52,749 nt of DNA, taken from assembly GCA_032718475.1 (NCBI GenBank), contig JAUCBJ010004461.1:1-52749 (forward strand), written 5' to 3'. The notes beneath the pieces are model-generated. The model saw only the letters and a list, made by a program, of their open reading frames with translations, did no database searches and had not been told where the DNA came from. Of this stretch, positions 50,493 to 52,749 are shown piece after piece. The first letter of the stretch is position 1, and each line of letters opens with the position of its first letter. Source of the stretch: Nemertoderma westbladi. Its lineage: Eukaryota; Animalia; Xenacoelomorpha. Both the position numbers and the translations under genes were made by a program.

Positions 50493-51681
50493 TGTTCGCG
50501 CTTTTAGACCTTTAGCAGTTTAACCTGCCAAATTTAGGTGCCTTGTCTTCTAGGTTATAAATCGACTTTAGCCTATAACAAGTATTTGATACACATAAAG
50601 TTACATTAGCCGAAGCCAGCCTATGCGCGATCATTCACCCACGGTTAAGGGAGACTGGATTCGGATGCTCTGACCTTATTGCGGTGTAGGCCTACTGTAC
50701 TATTCGATTGATCGTTAATATATAATCCCTGACAAATATTATTCACTTTCGGGAAATATTAACAGTTCCTTTAGGACGTGGCGCTCTAAGTATGTAAACA
50801 GAGTTATGACTTACACTAAACACAACGGGATGGCTTATGATTTACGTATAAGGCGCATTCTTTAGGAAATGCTTTGTTATCTATCACACTCATGCACACT
50901 ACCGCACACTGCTGCACACTGATCTGCCGACCTTCACTAATTTTAATCATATATAAGGAGAACAGCAACTGACACATGTAGGGTCTATGAAATAGCATTC
51001 AATTCACTCCACAACCACTATAATGTAAGTCGCAATTGCTATATGTAACCGGTCTCTCTAACCTTCAGTATATCAAGAAGATTGGGGTTTTATGATTATT
51101 TATCGATATTCTCCAAATATAACAATATTCCATCAACTGATACAATTAATAACCGACAGTAAATAGCAGTAAAATAATGCGGTGAAAGGTATGTATAGTA
51201 TTTGAGTCTGACCAGTTTGGTTTGTGATATGCTGTGATAACAGTTATACGTTTCTATGATCAAAGCCGTTCTAATGTTTGGCTAAAGTCTGAAACACAGA
51301 ATAATTCCACAGCCGGTGTTCTGGGCTCAGGAAAAAGGGTAAACAAAAACCATAATGCATTGCGCGATTTCCCGAAGGCTTCTGTGCAAATAAAATGAAA
51401 ATCGCTCTGATTGGTCGAGCCGAACAAAGAACAAAGAAAGCTCTACGTGGACATATCAGCTGATAGATGTCGTCATCTGAACTACACTGTATTAAGAGTA
51501 TTTTGGCGTATTGCGGCATAAAATTGCTTGTTATGTCCGCTAAAGTACACATACAGAAGAAATGGCTTTTTATGTCCACTAAAACACCTACACAGTAAGA
51601 AAACGGCTTTTTATGTCCGCTAAAACACCTACAGAGTACTTTGCGGGGAAAATAACAGCTAGATCCGCAAAAGCCTTTACA
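50493..51681 (-). repeat. 3' LTR of a second, diverged copy of the same LTR family
   Basis: TGTTCGCGC...CTTTACA, alignable throughout to 23071-24261 with clearly more divergence; adjoined by the same PPT and 3' ORF. Confidence 0.93.
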
Positions 51682-51759
51682 CCGCTCCCAGAAAATGGGA
51701 TTTAATTCTATAAAATATAAAAAATCACAGTTTCTAAAATATAAAAATAATCTAAACAG

Positions 51760-52614
51760 TTAGTCTTTCTTGCGCGGACGGCATTTACGCAGTTTTTTGA
51801 GGCTAGCAAGAGTCCTTTTCTCTTTGGGGCGAGCCACTTTACTAGGAGGGCTATAACTCCTGGGTGAAGGGTGCAATACAATTGCATCGGAAGGTTTAGG
51901 ATTACGGTCGGTGTATCCGCTGGTCGAGGTACCTGGTTGATCGATATCAACCTCAGTGGAGCGAGGTCTAACGGCCTTTAGAGCGCGTTTTAGGACAGTG
52001 CTCCTACTGGTCCCTGACGAGTCGTCTGAACGATAGCGGTAGGTGGACCGTGAGTGGTGAGAAACTTCCTAGGTTTAATGGTTCTTTCCAACTCACGTTC
52101 TCGGGCTCGATATGCGTAGGGCCGTCGATGTACTTCCTGTAACTCTGGATGCGAGTTGATAAACAAATCGCCATACTCCGGGTCTTGACGGATGAAATTG
52201 ATCAAGTTGTATGAATTAATATCGTTAGGATTGATGTTCCTGAGATATTTACAAACAAATTTGGTGGAAATACACTCACCAACACGCTTCATTAGTTCGT
52301 AACTCGGTGTGCGTGATTTTTGTTCAACAGACGTGAATAGATAAGGATGGAATGCGTAAACTCCTTCGTAGGCGCGTCCAGGGTAATAGCGATGGCGTGA
52401 CTCACAATGTAAATCCGCATTCGCTTCCCAAGCTCGGATGTAGCGCAGGATAATCATCTCATCTACGCTTTCCACATCGCGGTTAAAAGGGCAATCAAAA
52501 CTGGCATGTCCTTTAAGTTGACAATGATGGCATTGAGTCATAAATTGGGGGCAGACTGCGAAAATGTGCAAGTTATTGAGTCTGCAATACGCACAATAGA
52601 TCTCCATCACCGGT
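51760..52614 (-). pseudogene. C-terminal part of the accessory Zn-knuckle ORF, copy 2
   Basis: Homologous to 24340-25195; 1-bp deletion near 52000; interrupted at 52615 by another LTR. Confidence 0.85.
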
Positions 52615-52749
52615 TGTTCGCGCTTTCAGACCTTTGGCAGTTTAACCCACCAAATTAAGATGTCTTCTAGATATTAAATCAGTTTTTAGTCTATGACAAG
52701 TATTTGATTCACTACACTAGTCGAAACCAATCCGTGCGCGACCATTCAC
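52615..52749 (-). repeat. End of a third LTR of the same family (runs off the window)
   Basis: TGTTCGCGCTTTCAGACC..., diverged from both other LTR types. Confidence 0.9.

Overview
AT-rich, repeat-dominated eukaryotic (invertebrate-like) genomic DNA. (1) The ORF track misses a minus-strand spliced host gene for a secreted CUB-domain protein: a TATA box and signal-peptide exon at about 19.7-19.9 kb, and CUB exons at 5488-5660 and 1-123. Its introns are filled with LINE and Bel/Pao relics and about 11 kb of 21-bp and ~40-bp satellites. (2) A nested transposon stack contains an unusually large 18.4-kb LTR retrotransposon (23071-41465, minus strand, ~1.19-kb LTRs about 99% identical, GGGGT target-site duplication) inserted in a Penelope-like element. 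It carries a disrupted Bel/Pao gag-pol and an extra non-env triple Zn-knuckle ORF near the 3' LTR. (3) A 3-kb tandem duplication with Helentron-like features, an intronless CYP2-clan P450 pseudogene, and two more copies of the same LTR family follow. Best candidate for a new system: the big element has no tRNA primer-binding site next to its 5' LTR. Instead the 12 nt abutting the LTR are the perfect complement of a 12-mer inside the LTR, the geometry of Tf1-type self-priming, which I do not know to be described for Bel/Pao elements. All alignments and counts were done by eye and no database searches were run.
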